Shown: positions 46,417 to 56,878, numbered from the stretch's first letter. The stretch is DNA of 64,000 nt from Hyphomicrobiales bacterium (GCA_031431475.1 JANPDL010000008.1:17037-81036), one strand, 5' to 3'. Notes: generated by a model not told the origin, from the letters alone. Program-made: numbers and translations.

Positions 46417-46715
46417 GGCTCCACGAAATCGCCACGGCCCGTGCGGGTGACAAGGGCAACACTTCTCAGATCGCGGTGATCGCCAAGGATGAGGCGGCCT
46501 ATGAGTTGATCCGCGAAAACCTGACCACGGATGTCGTGGCTGATGTTTTCGCAGGCATCGCCAAAGGCCTGGTGACACGCCACGAAGCGCCCGGATTGCG
46601 GGCATTCGTGTTCATTCTGGAAGGGGCGCTGGGAGGAGGCGTTTCGATCTCGCTCGCCAGCGATCCGCATGGCAAGAGCCTGTCGAGCCTGATGCTGGGG
46701 ATTGAGCTGGGCTGA
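46413..46715 (+). CDS. DUF4387-like small protein (usual partner of DUF1446)
   Basis: MRLHEIATARAGDKGNTSQIAVIA...EGALGGGVS. 100 aa. ATGA overlap with the AtuA-like gene. Confidence 0.7.
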   Translation: MRLHEIATARAGDKGNTSQIAVIAKDEAAYELIRENLTTDVVADVFAGIAKGLVTRHEAPGLRAFVFILEGALGGGVSISLASDPHGKSLSSLMLGIELG

Positions 46716-46716
46716 G

Positions 46717-47388
46717 CTATTTCCGCTTCGCCAGCCAGATCACATGCCGCGTGCCGGATCTGCCACGATGGGCGCGCACGCCGATTTCCTCGACGCTGAA
46801 GCCCGCCTTGCGCAGGCGCTGGGTAAATCCGGCATCCGGCCCCATCGACCACACCGCGAGGATGCCGCCGGGCTTGAGCGCCGCGAGGGACAGCGCGAGC
46901 CCCTGCATGTCGTAGAGCCTGTCGTTGGATTTGCGCGTCATGGCCTCGGGGCCGTTGTCGACATCCAGCAGGATGGCGTCGTATCCGCCTTTGCAAGCCG
47001 CGATCAGGTCGCGGACATCGGCCTCCGCGATTGTCACTCTCGGATCAGCAAGGCTGTCACCGAACAGCTCAGCCATCGGACCACGAGCCCAGGCGATGAC
47101 TGCGGGCACCAGTTCCGCCACGGTGATCCTGGCCTGCGAGTCGAACGCGCCGAGCGCTGCCTTGAGGGTGAACCCCATGCCAAGCCCACCAATCAGAACC
47201 TGCGTCGCCTTGCGATCCTTGAGCCGTTCCGCCGTGAGCGTCGCCAACGCCTCTTCCGAGCCGCTGAGGCGCGAGTTCATCAGCTCATTGTTATCCAGCC
47301 GAATCGAGAATTCCGCACCGCGCCGCTTGAGGCGCAGTTCACCGCCGCTGGGAATTTGGCCTGTGCCGAGATTAAGCCAGGGAATCAT
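46717..47388 (-). CDS. spermidine synthase-like class I methyltransferase-fold protein
   Basis: Start placed at MIPWLNLG (ATG 47388). VLIGGLGMGFTL and ILLDVDNGP motifs. The 5' extension of the track ORF to 47757 looks non-coding. Confidence 0.7.
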   Translation of the reverse strand: MIPWLNLGTGQIPSGGELRLKRRGAEFSIRLDNNELMNSRLSGSEEALATLTAERLKDRKATQVLIGGLGMGFTLKAALGAFDSQARITVAELVPAVIAWARGPMAELFGDSLADPRVTIAEADVRDLIAACKGGYDAILLDVDNGPEAMTRKSNDRLYDMQGLALSLAALKPGGILAVWSMGPDAGFTQRLRKAGFSVEEIGVRAHRGRSGTRHVIWLAKRK

Positions 47389-47481
47389 GAGTTTTGCCGC
47401 ATGTGTGAGCGAGAGTTGTCGCTCCACCTTGCAGCCTCCTTCTGCCGACGGTAAAGCCCTGTAAGACAAGGAATTTTCCGG

Positions 47482-48447
47482 ATGACTGTTTCTACCGCCC
47501 GCCAGGATGCCCCGCGCAAGGATCACATGGATCCAACGCGCTCCTTTCAGGGCCTGATTCTGACCCTGCAGAATTTCTGGGCGGAGAAGGGCTGCGTCAT
47601 CCTCCAGCCCTATGACATGGAGGTGGGTGCTGGCACCTTTCACCCCGCGACGACGCTGCGAGCGCTGGGGCCGAAGCCATGGAAAGCAGCCTATGTGCAG
47701 CCCTCGCGTCGCCCCAAGGACGGGCGCTACGGCGAGAACCCCAACCGGTTGCAGCATTATTACCAGTATCAGGTGATTCTGAAGCCATCACCGCCTGATA
47801 TTCAAGACCTTTACCTGCAATCGCTCTTCGCCATCGGGCTCGATCCGAAGGTGCATGATTTCCGCTTTGTCGAGGACGACTGGGAGAGCCCGACGCTGGG
47901 TGCCTGGGGCCTTGGCTGGGAATGCTGGTGCGACGGCATGGAGGTCAGCCAGTTCACGTATTTCCAGCAGGTCGCGGGGTTTGAATGCGCACCTGTTGCG
48001 GGTGAGTTGACCTATGGTCTCGAGCGCATCGCGATGTATGTGCAGGGTGTGGAGAATGTCTACGATCTCAACTTCAATGGTCGCGAAGGTGCCGAAAAGG
48101 TGACCTACGGTGATGTCTTCCTGCAGGCCGAGAAGGAATACAGCCGCCACAATTTCGAGCATTCCGATGCCGAAACTCTGTTCCGCCATTTCGATGATGC
48201 CGAACGGCTGTGTCAGAAATATCTGGAAGCAGGCTGGGACCCCAAGTCAGATGGCAACCACAAGAAGCATCTCATGGCGCTGCCCGCTTATGACCAGTGC
48301 ATCAAGGCGAGCCATGCTTTTAACCTGCTGGATGCCCGCGGCGTGATCTCGGTCACGGACCGGCAGGGTTATATCCTGCGTGTGCGGGAACTCGCCAAAG
48401 CCTGTGGTGGCGCGTGGCTGGCGACGGAAGCTGGCGGGGCGGTGTGA
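47482..48447 (+). CDS. glyQ: glycine--tRNA ligase alpha subunit
   Basis: [43 protein letters not shown]. The start may be ATG 47527 (MDPTRSF). Confidence 0.95.
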   Translation: MTVSTARQDAPRKDHMDPTRSFQGLILTLQNFWAEKGCVILQPYDMEVGAGTFHPATTLRALGPKPWKAAYVQPSRRPKDGRYGENPNRLQHYYQYQVILKPSPPDIQDLYLQSLFAIGLDPKVHDFRFVEDDWESPTLGAWGLGWECWCDGMEVSQFTYFQQVAGFECAPVAGELTYGLERIAMYVQGVENVYDLNFNGREGAEKVTYGDVFLQAEKEYSRHNFEHSDAETLFRHFDDAERLCQKYLEAGWDPKSDGNHKKHLMALPAYDQCIKASHAFNLLDARGVISVTDRQGYILRVRELAKACGGAWLATEAGGAV

Positions 48448-48457
48448 GCTGCATTTT

Positions 48458-48479
48458 CCTTCTCCCCGAAGGGAGAAAG
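48458..48479. terminator. REP-like hairpin between convergent glyQ and truB (possible bidirectional terminator)
   Basis: ccttctccc-cgaa-gggagaaag. Same ttctccc/gggagaa arm sequence as the hairpins at 26021 and 26119. There is no strong T-run. Confidence 0.45.
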
Positions 48480-48485
48480 AAAAGA

Positions 48486-49406
48486 TCACAAATGAAACGC
48501 CCGCTTCGGTCGCAGTTCCCCGTTCTCGCCCTCAACCAGCGCGATCAGCTTGCCGTGCAGCGTCGCATAGGCTTGCCCCAGAACAATCGGCGCATCGCGC
48601 CCGCGCGGGATCACGCTCTGGCCGTTCTTCAGCCTTTGCGCATCGTTGTTGCCGATGGCAACAGCAGGAAGCGATGACAGGCCGCGCTCCACGGGTTGCA
48701 GCATGGCGATCAGATCAGGGGCTTGCGCGCCATCCTCGCCCGCCGCGCGCAGATCATCCAGCGTCGCTGCTTCCATCGTGTTGAACGGGCCAACCCTCGT
48801 GCGCCTGAGCGCCGTGATATGCCCGAAACAGCCGAGCAACCGCCCGAAATCCCGCGCCAGTGCGCGCACATAGGTGCCCTTTCCGCACTCCGCCTCGAAG
48901 GTCGCGGTATCTTCTGTCTGCTCCATCAGCCGGAGCGCGGTGATTTCCACCTCGCGCGGCTCCAGCTTTACCACCTCGCCGTCGCGCGCCAGATCATAGG
49001 CGCGCTCGCCCTGGACCTTGAGCGCCGAGAACTGCGGCGGCGTTTGCAGTATCACACCCATGAAACGCGGCAGGATAGCCTCGATCTGCGCTGTTGTCGG
49101 GCGCTCGGCGGCGGAATTCACCATCTCGCCCTCGCTGTCATCCGTGTTGGTTTCCACACCCCAGGTCACGGTGAAGCGGTAGGCCTTCTCGCCATCCATT
49201 ACATAAGGCACGGTCTTGGTCGCCTCGCCGAAAGCCAGCGGCAGGATGCCCGAGGCCAGCGGATCGAGCGTACCTGCATGGCCCGCCTTGTCAGCCTTGT
49301 AGAGGCGCTTCACGATGGAGAGCGCATGGGTGGAGGTGACGCCGATCGGCTTGTCGAGCACGATCCAGCCGTCAACCTTCAGCCGTTCGCGGCGGGGCTT
49401 GCTCAT
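48486..49406 (-). CDS. truB: tRNA pseudouridine(55) synthase
   Basis: LDKPIGVTSTH, GHAGTLDPLASG. 306 aa. Confidence 0.95.
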   Translation of the reverse strand: MSKPRRERLKVDGWIVLDKPIGVTSTHALSIVKRLYKADKAGHAGTLDPLASGILPLAFGEATKTVPYVMDGEKAYRFTVTWGVETNTDDSEGEMVNSAAERPTTAQIEAILPRFMGVILQTPPQFSALKVQGERAYDLARDGEVVKLEPREVEITALRLMEQTEDTATFEAECGKGTYVRALARDFGRLLGCFGHITALRRTRVGPFNTMEAATLDDLRAAGEDGAQAPDLIAMLQPVERGLSSLPAVAIGNNDAQRLKNGQSVIPRGRDAPIVLGQAYATLHGKLIALVEGENGELRPKRAFHL

Positions 49407-49819
49407 GCTTCGTCTTCGTCAGGTGCTTTGACCGTGTCCCGCTTGACGCGCGGATCATGCAAGAGCCGGTCGATGCGGGCGGCTTCGTCGAACTGCTCGT
49501 CAAATCGGAAGCGCAGATCGGGCATGAAACGCATGTCGCGCATCTGCTTGCCCAGCATGCCCTTGATATAGCGGACGTTGCGGGCGAGCGCCTTGACAAT
49601 GATCGGCCCGCCTGAACCACCCAGAGGCATCACATAGACCGTTGCGATTTTCAGATCAGGCGACAGCCGCACTTCTGGCACGGTAATGATCTTGCCCTCG
49701 AGTTCCGGATCATTCACCTGCCCACGCGACAGGATATCCGCCAGAGCATGCCGGATGACTTCGCCGACACGGAGCTGGCGCTGGGAGGGACCGTTGGTAT
49801 TGGATTTGGGCGCTGGCAT
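49403..49819 (-). CDS. rbfA: 30S ribosome-binding factor RbfA
   Basis: RQLRVGEVIRHALADIL...ITVPEVRLSPDLKIATVYV. ATGA overlap with truB. Confidence 0.9.
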   Translation of the reverse strand: MPAPKSNTNGPSQRQLRVGEVIRHALADILSRGQVNDPELEGKIITVPEVRLSPDLKIATVYVMPLGGSGGPIIVKALARNVRYIKGMLGKQMRDMRFMPDLRFRFDEQFDEAARIDRLLHDPRVKRDTVKAPDEDEA

Positions 49820-49861
49820 GGGGCTGCTTTACCGTATTCCTTCGAAATTGCAGCAATCTTC

Positions 49862-50413
49862 TCAGGCTGCGGGTTTGGTCGAGATCCGCGCCGCGATGAA
49901 TTCGGCTGCTTCGTCGAAGGCTTGTTGTGTCTCGAAAGCCCTGCGTGGGAGACAGAGGCCAATTGCCCGGTTCTCGTAAAGGACGACATGAGCGTTGGCG
50001 TCGCTGACGATCTTCCGGACGGCGCTCCAGGGCACGATTCCCGTTCCGGTAGGCCCTTCTGACGTTATGCTCTTCTTGTCGTCGAAACTGATTGAAATCA
50101 TGGCTCCATCGATCCGCTGGCGCCGATAGTACAGCCGCAGCTCGATCCGGTTGATAATCCAGACCAGCACGGGGGATGCCGCGATGATTGCCCAGAACTC
50201 CCAGCTCACCAAAACCTGATTGAAAGCTCCAGCGATACTCTGGCCTCTGTACGCCGACTGTGCGACGACAAAGCCAGCAACTGCAAGGAAGGCCGCCAAC
50301 GGGACCCTGATGAATTGTGTTCGCTTCCAGAGGTTGTCCCGCCGCATCAACCGGTTCAGCGCCAGATAATCAGGATAGCTGTAGGCAAACGTAATCGATC
50401 CCGGCTTGTCCAT
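49862..50413 (-). CDS. YcxB-like membrane protein (two TM helices plus a bPH-like C-terminal domain)
   Basis: 183 aa. Hydrophobic helices VPLAAFLAVAGFVVAQSAY and FWAIIAASPVLVWIINRI, then a soluble C-terminal domain. Sits between infB and rbfA. Confidence 0.6.
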   Translation of the reverse strand: MDKPGSITFAYSYPDYLALNRLMRRDNLWKRTQFIRVPLAAFLAVAGFVVAQSAYRGQSIAGAFNQVLVSWEFWAIIAASPVLVWIINRIELRLYYRRQRIDGAMISISFDDKKSITSEGPTGTGIVPWSAVRKIVSDANAHVVLYENRAIGLCLPRRAFETQQAFDEAAEFIAARISTKPAA

Positions 50414-50437
50414 GACCGATACGCTTCCCCAACAGCC

Positions 50438-53400
50438 TTACAGCGACCGCTTGATCTCCTCGACGCGGTAGCACTCGATAACGTCGCCCGCGCGCATGTC
50501 TTCGTACTTCTCGAAGGCCATGCCGCATTCCTGGCCGACATTAACCTCCTTGACCTCGTCCTTGAAGCGCTTGAGGGTCTTGAGAGTGCCTTCGTGGATG
50601 ACGACGTTGTCGCGGATGAGACGCACGCCCGCGCCGCGTTCCACCTTGCCGTCGGTGATGATGCAGCCCGCCACCTTGCCGACCTTGGTGATGTTGAACA
50701 CCTCCTGGATGCGGGCGTTGCCCAGCGTGGTCTCGCGCAAGGTTGGCGCGAGCAGGCCGGACATCGCGAGTTTGATGTCGTCCACCAGATCATAGATGAT
50801 GTTGTAGTAGCGGATTTCGACGCCCGCCCGATCAGCAGCCTCGCGGCCTTCCTTGTGGGCGCGGACATTGAAGCCCAGAATCACGGCACCGGTGGCGTTC
50901 GCCAGCGTCACATCGGATTCTGTAATACCACCAACGCCCGAATGGATGATGCGTGCAGCCACTTCCTCTGTGCCAAGCTTGTCCAGCGAACCCGCGATGG
51001 CTTCCACCGAACCCTGCACGTCTCCCTTGATGAGCAGCGGGAATTCCTTTTTCCCCGCCACCTTGATCTGGCTCATCATGTCGGCGAGCGAGCGGGTCGC
51101 ACCGGCAGTGCGGGCCACAATCTTGTCGCGCTTCTGGCGGACACGATACGCCGTGATCTCGCGGGCGCGGGCTTCTGTCTCCACGACAGCCACGCGATCA
51201 CCTGCTTCGGGTGCCGCCTGGAAACCGAGGATTTCGACCGGTGCCGATGGACCAGCGAATTCTACATTCGTGCCCTTGTCATTGACGAGAGCGCGGATGC
51301 GGCCCCATTCCGAGCCCGCCACGACGATATCACCGTGGATCAGCGTGCCGCGCTGCACAAGCACGGTTGCCACTGGACCACGACCGCGATCCAGCTTGGC
51401 TTCGATCACGCTGCCTTCGGCCAGACGATCCGGGTTGGCCTTGAGATCCAGCACTTCGGCCTGCAACTGGATCAGTTCCAGCAGCTTGTCGAGATTCTGG
51501 CCTGTTTTGGCCGATAGCTCCACCTCGATGGTGTCGCCACCCATGCTCTCCACCTGTACATCATATTGCAGGAGATCGGTCTTGACCTTCTCAGGCTTTG
51601 AATCCGGCAGGTCGATCTTGTTGATCGCCACGATCATCGGCACCTTGGCAGCTTTGGCGTGGTTGATCGCCTCGATAGTCTGCGGCATGACCGAATCGTT
51701 GGCCGCAACCACCAGAACCACGATATCCGTCACCTTGGCGCCACGGGCACGCATGGCCGTGAAGGCTGCATGGCCCGGCGTATCGATGAAGGTGAGCAGG
51801 CCGCCCAGCGGCGATGTCACCTGATAGGCACCGATATGCTGCGTGATGCCGCCTGCTTCGCCGGACACAACATTGGTCTTGCGGATGGCGTCCAGCAGCG
51901 AGGTCTTGCCGTGGTCGACGTGACCCATGATGGTAATGACCGGCGGGCGATAGCGCAGGGTCTCTTCGGGATCAGGCACATCGAAGAGGCCTTCCTCGAC
52001 ATCGGACTCTGAAACGCGCTTGACCGTATGGCCCATTTCCTCGGCGATCAGCTGGGCCGTATCTGCATCGACCATATCGGTGATCTTGTGCATCTGGCCC
52101 TGCTTCATCAGCATGCGGATGATATCGACACCGCGCTCCGACATGCGGTTCGCGAGTTCCTGGATGGTGATCGTCTCCGGCAGAATGACCTCGCGGAAGA
52201 CCTTTTCCTTCTGCTCTTCCTGTCCGCCCTTCATGCGCTGTACGCGGCGGCGATAGGCCGCAACGGAGCGTGTGCGCTCTTCCCCGGTAGCGAAGGCGTT
52301 GCCGACAGTCAGGCGACCACGGTCACGGCTCTCTGCCCCTTTGGTCGGACGCTCGGTTTTGACGACGCCGCCCAGCTTGTTGCCACGCTTTGCCGCCAGA
52401 CCTTCGAGGTCCATGATGGCGTCACGTGACGAACGGCTGGCACCACTGCCCGGAGGGGCGGTACGCCGATTTTCCTGAATAAGCGGCTCTTCGGGCGCGG
52501 ATGGCGCACGGCCGAAGCCGAAACGGGCCGGACCAGCGCTACCGCCACCGGGAGGACGCGGCCCACGGTCACCAAACCCGCCGCTGCCAAATCCGCCCGG
52601 TCTTGCGCTACTACTGCGATCACCGCCGGGTCCACCAGCAGGGCGTGGGCCACGGTCTGGAAAGCCACCAGCGGGACGCGGTCCACGGTCAGCGAAGCCA
52701 CTTGGTCGCGGGCCGCGGTCACCTTCCGGGCGCGGGCCACGATCACCAAAGCCACTTGCTCCGGCAGGACGTGGCCTGTCGCCAAATCCACCTGGAGGAC
52801 GCGGTGCGCGATCACCAAAACCACCGGTTCTGGGCGGACCACGATCACTATCCGTACGGGGAGCGCGATCGGCATATCCTTCTGTGCTGCGCTGGGGACG
52901 ATCACCGGCAGGTGGCCTCGGGCTGTCCAGCCGTGGCGGCCGGTCACCATAGGCGCGCGGTGCATCGAAGCGCGGGCCGTCAGCGGGGCGTGCAGCACGT
53001 GGCTCTTCGCCCAGACGGCGCACGGCTTCCTGCTGACCACGCCGTTTCAGTTCATCCTCGCGGTAGCGGCGATCTTCTTCGTCGCGCTTGCGCGCTTCTG
53101 CGGCATCACGTTCACGCTGCTCGGTGTCCTGCCGCGCATCGCGCTGGCGGGCATCTTGCTCGGCATTCTTGCGCGCATCTTCCTCACCCCGTGCCGCATC
53201 CATCAATACGGCCTGACGCGCGTTCTGCTCGCTCTCGGACAAGGTGCGCAGCACCATGCCACCGGATGCGGGGCGCTGTTGCAGTGCTGGCTTCAGCGAA
53301 ACCGGTGCTCCTGCCTTGGCCTCAGGACCGCCAAAGACCTGCTGCTGCTCACGGCCCTGATTGCCCATGGGCATCGGCGCGCGGCGCTTGACGACTTCCA

Positions 53401-53542
53401 CGGCAACCGTCTTTGATCGGCCGTGCGAGAAGCTCTGGCGCACGGTTCCTGCGCCGCCATCGGTCGGCCGCGGCTTCAGAGACAGCGTTGCCTTGCCAGG
53501 TACGCTCAGTGTCTTGTCGCCGGGGGTGTTGGGATCGCTCAT
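50438..53542 (-). CDS. infB: translation initiation factor IF-2
   Basis: G domain [12 protein letters not shown] and DTPGHAAF. 1034 aa with a long Arg/Pro/Gly repeat region in the N-terminal third. Confidence 0.95.
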   Translation of the reverse strand: MSDPNTPGDKTLSVPGKATLSLKPRPTDGGAGTVRQSFSHGRSKTVAVEVVKRRAPMPMGNQGREQQQVFGGPEAKAGAPVSLKPALQQRPASGGMVLRTLSESEQNARQAVLMDAARGEEDARKNAEQDARQRDARQDTEQRERDAAEARKRDEEDRRYREDELKRRGQQEAVRRLGEEPRAARPADGPRFDAPRAYGDRPPRLDSPRPPAGDRPQRSTEGYADRAPRTDSDRGPPRTGGFGDRAPRPPGGFGDRPRPAGASGFGDRGPRPEGDRGPRPSGFADRGPRPAGGFPDRGPRPAGGPGGDRSSSARPGGFGSGGFGDRGPRPPGGGSAGPARFGFGRAPSAPEEPLIQENRRTAPPGSGASRSSRDAIMDLEGLAAKRGNKLGGVVKTERPTKGAESRDRGRLTVGNAFATGEERTRSVAAYRRRVQRMKGGQEEQKEKVFREVILPETITIQELANRMSERGVDIIRMLMKQGQMHKITDMVDADTAQLIAEEMGHTVKRVSESDVEEGLFDVPDPEETLRYRPPVITIMGHVDHGKTSLLDAIRKTNVVSGEAGGITQHIGAYQVTSPLGGLLTFIDTPGHAAFTAMRARGAKVTDIVVLVVAANDSVMPQTIEAINHAKAAKVPMIVAINKIDLPDSKPEKVKTDLLQYDVQVESMGGDTIEVELSAKTGQNLDKLLELIQLQAEVLDLKANPDRLAEGSVIEAKLDRGRGPVATVLVQRGTLIHGDIVVAGSEWGRIRALVNDKGTNVEFAGPSAPVEILGFQAAPEAGDRVAVVETEARAREITAYRVRQKRDKIVARTAGATRSLADMMSQIKVAGKKEFPLLIKGDVQGSVEAIAGSLDKLGTEEVAARIIHSGVGGITESDVTLANATGAVILGFNVRAHKEGREAADRAGVEIRYYNIIYDLVDDIKLAMSGLLAPTLRETTLGNARIQEVFNITKVGKVAGCIITDGKVERGAGVRLIRDNVVIHEGTLKTLKRFKDEVKEVNVGQECGMAFEKYEDMRAGDVIECYRVEEIKRSL

Positions 53543-53591
53543 CCAGTTCGCCGTCCTAAATCTTGTCTGTCATGTGAACTTGCCGGTGCTG

Positions 53592-54275
53592 TCAGACCTG
53601 TCGGCCGTCCAGCACCAAAGGGCCGGTCGATGCGGAGTGTGTGTCCGCATCCGGCCCAGTTTCAGTCAAGGCGCCATGCCGGTAATTTTCCAGCCTCTGG
53701 CACCTTTTCATGAAGGCATCGCAGGCGGAACCCGCCAGCAACGCGGCGTGTATGGCATTTTCCCGGCCCAATGCCAAATCCAATTCGTAGCTCGCAAAGG
53801 ATGAAAAGACCGGAATCGCTGTCTCTCCATGGTTGTTTCGCTTTACGGCCTGCAAAATCTTCCGCCGACCATCTTCGCCACCGTCATGGGCTGCGACAAT
53901 GGCGCTGACATTGCCCTTGCCGATGGCCGCTTCAACCTTGGCGAATCCGGTGATGACCACCCCTGCCTTGTTCGCCATCGCGAGGGACTGACGCGCATCT
54001 GCAGTCAGTAATGTATCAACCTGATCCAGCAGATCGGGCGGCGTGACAACGGGCTGCTTCAGGCTGCGCGCAAAACTCTTCCTGCGGATGGCCTCGGCCA
54101 GTGCGACGCGCGTCCCGGTAACCCAGACGCCACGCCCCGGCAATTTGGCGCGAATATCCGGTGTGAGTCTTGTCTCAGCATCCAGCACAAACCGGATGAG
54201 TGCCGCAACAGGCAGAACCAGCCGCGTTGCCACGCAGGTCCGGTTAGGTCCCTTTTCCTCGTCGCCGTCGCGCAC
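53592..54275 (-). CDS. YlxR/RnpM (DUF448)-type RNA-binding protein fused to an L7Ae/YlxQ-like domain
   Basis: NRTCVATRLVLPVAALIRFV...LPGRGVWV (DUF448), then NKAGVVITGFAKVEAAIGKGNVSAIVAAHDG (L7Ae-like). GTG start. Lies between nusA and infB. Confidence 0.75.
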   Translation of the reverse strand: MRDGDEEKGPNRTCVATRLVLPVAALIRFVLDAETRLTPDIRAKLPGRGVWVTGTRVALAEAIRRKSFARSLKQPVVTPPDLLDQVDTLLTADARQSLAMANKAGVVITGFAKVEAAIGKGNVSAIVAAHDGGEDGRRKILQAVKRNNHGETAIPVFSSFASYELDLALGRENAIHAALLAGSACDAFMKRCQRLENYRHGALTETGPDADTHSASTGPLVLDGRQV

Positions 54276-54303
54276 GCTGGTTCTGCTCCCGCCTTACATC
54301 GGG

Positions 54304-55890
54304 TTACTCGGCAGCCGCGTCAGCCGACGCTTCTTCTGCCACAGGAGCCTCGATCCAGCCTGCCTTGACGCGTGCTGACATGATCATCGACTCGCAATCG
54401 TCGCGTCCAAGATCGAATCCGTCGAGGAATCCGGCCATGCGCACATTCTGGTTATCCTTGCGCTCGGTCCAGCCCGCCAGATCATCGGTCGCACAGCCCG
54501 CGAGATCCTCGATGCTCTTCACATCGTTCTCGCCAAGCTTGACCATGATGGCACTTGTGACGCCTTCGACGTCACGCAGTTCATCGAGCACGCCAAGTGT
54601 CTTTCGCTTGCCGTCGAATTCTGCCTCGATGGCATCGAGATATTCCTGCGCACGCCGCTTGATCTCGATTGCTGTATCATCATCGAACCCGTCGATGGAG
54701 TTGAGCTCTGAATCATCCGAGTATGCCAGTTCTTCGACCGTGCGGAAGCCTTCTGAGGCGAGCAGCTGCCCCACGACTTCATCAACGTTCAGCGCTTCCA
54801 TGAAGATCTGAGTGCGGCTCAGGAATTCCTTCTGGCGGCGCTCACTCTCTTCGGCTTCCGTCAGGATGTCGATATCCCAGCCCGTAAGCTGCGATGCCAG
54901 ACGCACGTTCTGGCCACGGCGACCGATGGCGAGCGACAGCTGCTCGTCGGGCACAACCACCTCGATGCGCTCGGAATCCTCATCCAGAACAACCTTGGCC
55001 ACTTCGGCAGGTTGCAGCGCATTGACGATGAAAGTCGCCACATCCTCGGACCAGGGGATGATATCGATCTTCTCGCCCTGCAATTCACCGACCACGGCCT
55101 GCACGCGAGAGCCGCGCATGCCGACACAGGCACCGACGGGATCGATCGAGGAATCGCGGCTGATCACGGCGATCTTGGCGCGTGAACCCGGATCGCGGGC
55201 AACGGCTTTCACGGTGATGATGCCGTCATAGATCTCGGGCACTTCCTGGCCGAAGAGCTTGGCCATGAACTGCGGATGGGTGCGCGACAGGAACACCTGG
55301 GGTCCGCGCTGTTCGCGGCGGACATCATAGAGATAGCAGCGGATGCGATCACCCGGACGGAACATCTCGCGCGGGATCAATTCATCGCGCCGAACAACGG
55401 CTTCCGACTTGCCAAGATCGACGATGACATTGCCGTATTCGACGCGCTTGACCGTGCCGTTGACGATATCACCGATGCGATCCTTGTATTCGTCGTACTG
55501 GCGCTCGCGCTCGGCATCGCGGACCTTCTGAACGATGACCTGTTTGGCTGACTGGGCCGCGATACGGCCGAAATCGAAGGGGGGCAATGTTTCCGCGATG
55601 GCATCGCCGACCTGAGCCGCCGGATTGCGGCGGCGCGCGTCCACAAGGGTGATCTCGCGGGAATCGTTGTCGATCTGCTCAACCACATGCAGGTGGCGCG
55701 ACAGGCGCAATTCGCCTGTTTTGGCGTCGATCTGGGCATGCACGTCGGTTTCCGCGCCGTAGCGCGACCGTGCTGCCTTGGCGATGGCGTCTTCCATCGC
55801 CTCGATCACGACGGATCGTTCGATCTGCTTTTCGCGGGCGACCGCATCGGCGATCTGCAGAAGTTCCAGTCTGTTGGCGCTGATTGCCAT
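54304..55890 (-). CDS. nusA: transcription termination/antitermination factor NusA
   Basis: N-terminal domain, S1 ([21 protein letters not shown]), two KH domains and C-terminal HhH repeats. 528 aa. Confidence 0.95.
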   Translation of the reverse strand: MAISANRLELLQIADAVAREKQIERSVVIEAMEDAIAKAARSRYGAETDVHAQIDAKTGELRLSRHLHVVEQIDNDSREITLVDARRRNPAAQVGDAIAETLPPFDFGRIAAQSAKQVIVQKVRDAERERQYDEYKDRIGDIVNGTVKRVEYGNVIVDLGKSEAVVRRDELIPREMFRPGDRIRCYLYDVRREQRGPQVFLSRTHPQFMAKLFGQEVPEIYDGIITVKAVARDPGSRAKIAVISRDSSIDPVGACVGMRGSRVQAVVGELQGEKIDIIPWSEDVATFIVNALQPAEVAKVVLDEDSERIEVVVPDEQLSLAIGRRGQNVRLASQLTGWDIDILTEAEESERRQKEFLSRTQIFMEALNVDEVVGQLLASEGFRTVEELAYSDDSELNSIDGFDDDTAIEIKRRAQEYLDAIEAEFDGKRKTLGVLDELRDVEGVTSAIMVKLGENDVKSIEDLAGCATDDLAGWTERKDNQNVRMAGFLDGFDLGRDDCESMIMSARVKAGWIEAPVAEEASADAAAE

Positions 55891-55940
55891 CGTCTCGTCT
55901 CCTCAGTTCAATCCAGAATTGTAAGTTGATTACAAGAAGG

Positions 55941-56591
55941 TCAGTTCATGCCGTGATTGTCTTGCCTGCGCTTGTCCGGCTTGCGGGCAGGTTTCTTGTC
56001 TTTTGGGGCCATCTTGGGCGCACTGCCCTTGTTGGTTCCTGCTTTTGATCCGGCAGCTGGCTTGGGCTGACGTCCCAGCGCGGCATCGACCAGTGCATCG
56101 GTCAGCACCAGCCGCGCCTCGGACATATCGGCAATGGGCAAGGGACAATCCACGAGCTCGCCTGCTTTCGCATCGGGGCGGCGGACAGTGGCTGTTGCTG
56201 CATCTGAAGCCACCAATTCCCCGCGATAGCGCTTCCGGCCATGGGCCGGGACTGCCATCTCGACGCGGATTTCGTGGCCGATCCAGCGGGCGAAATCCAC
56301 GGCGCGCACCAGCGGGCGGTCAATGCCGGGTGACGAGATTTCGAGATGATAGGGCCGGTCCATGGGGTCTTCGACATCCATAACCGGCGAAATCGCGCGA
56401 CTTACAGCCTCGCAATCATCGACGCCCATCGTACCATCGGCCTTTTCGGCCATGATCTGCAAGGTGCAGCCGTTCTGGCCGGAAATTTTCACCCGCACCA
56501 GACGATAGCCGACGTCTGCGATGGCAGGCGCGACAATGGTCGCGACGCGCGCGGCAATTCCTGTTTCGAGGATGAGCCTTGGCTCGTCCAT
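55941..56591 (-). CDS. rimP: ribosome maturation factor RimP
   Basis: Start placed at [11 protein letters not shown] (ATG 56591, SD ggaga). [14 protein letters not shown] motif. Confidence 0.9.
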   Translation of the reverse strand: MDEPRLILETGIAARVATIVAPAIADVGYRLVRVKISGQNGCTLQIMAEKADGTMGVDDCEAVSRAISPVMDVEDPMDRPYHLEISSPGIDRPLVRAVDFARWIGHEIRVEMAVPAHGRKRYRGELVASDAATATVRRPDAKAGELVDCPLPIADMSEARLVLTDALVDAALGRQPKPAAGSKAGTNKGSAPKMAPKDKKPARKPDKRRQDNHGMN

Positions 56592-56625
56592 GGTGTCTCC
56601 TGGAGCTTCAGGACAATTGGCCAAT

Positions 56626-56656
56626 AAAAAAGAGCGGGTCCCGAAGGGCCCACTCT
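56626..56656 (-). terminator. intrinsic-terminator-like hairpin in the rimP-nusA-infB leader (attenuator candidate)
   Basis: The minus strand reads agagtgggcccttcgggacccgctc followed by tttttt. The stem is gagtggg/cccgctc plus an inner ccc/ggg, and the T-run ends about 34 nt before the rimP ATG. Confidence 0.6.
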
Positions 56657-56878
56657 CATCAAGCGATCAATCGCGCAATAAGGTCTGTAATCATTCAATG
56701 CCCCAATGCGGGACTTTTTTCAAGTCTTTTTCGCTGATCCACGCAAACTGCATGCCCTAAGGTAACTTGCTGGTGAGAGTTATAAAGTAAGTTGGTAATG
56801 TAATGATCGATAAAGGCATCGGACAGCGGCGATAAGGGGCTGGCCGGAGAATGCTCTTTTGAGAGAGCGATACGTCAG

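Noticed and set aside
47389-47481. T-box or other leader upstream of glyQ
   Set aside because: The spacer is too short (93 nt) and has no specifier/antiterminator architecture. T-boxes are not expected in this phylum.
46717-47757. Full 346-aa version of the minus-strand ORF upstream of glyQ
   Set aside because: Only the C-terminal 223 aa look like a methyltransferase-fold protein. The N-terminal 120 codons are Arg/Gly/Leu-rich, overlap the glyQ 5' end, and are probably not translated.
50315-51517. 400-aa plus-strand ORF, and several 170-320-aa ORFs in other frames, across infB
   Set aside because: All lie inside the IF-2 gene, whose frame has the GTPase motifs. The repetitive GC-rich DNA keeps other frames open.
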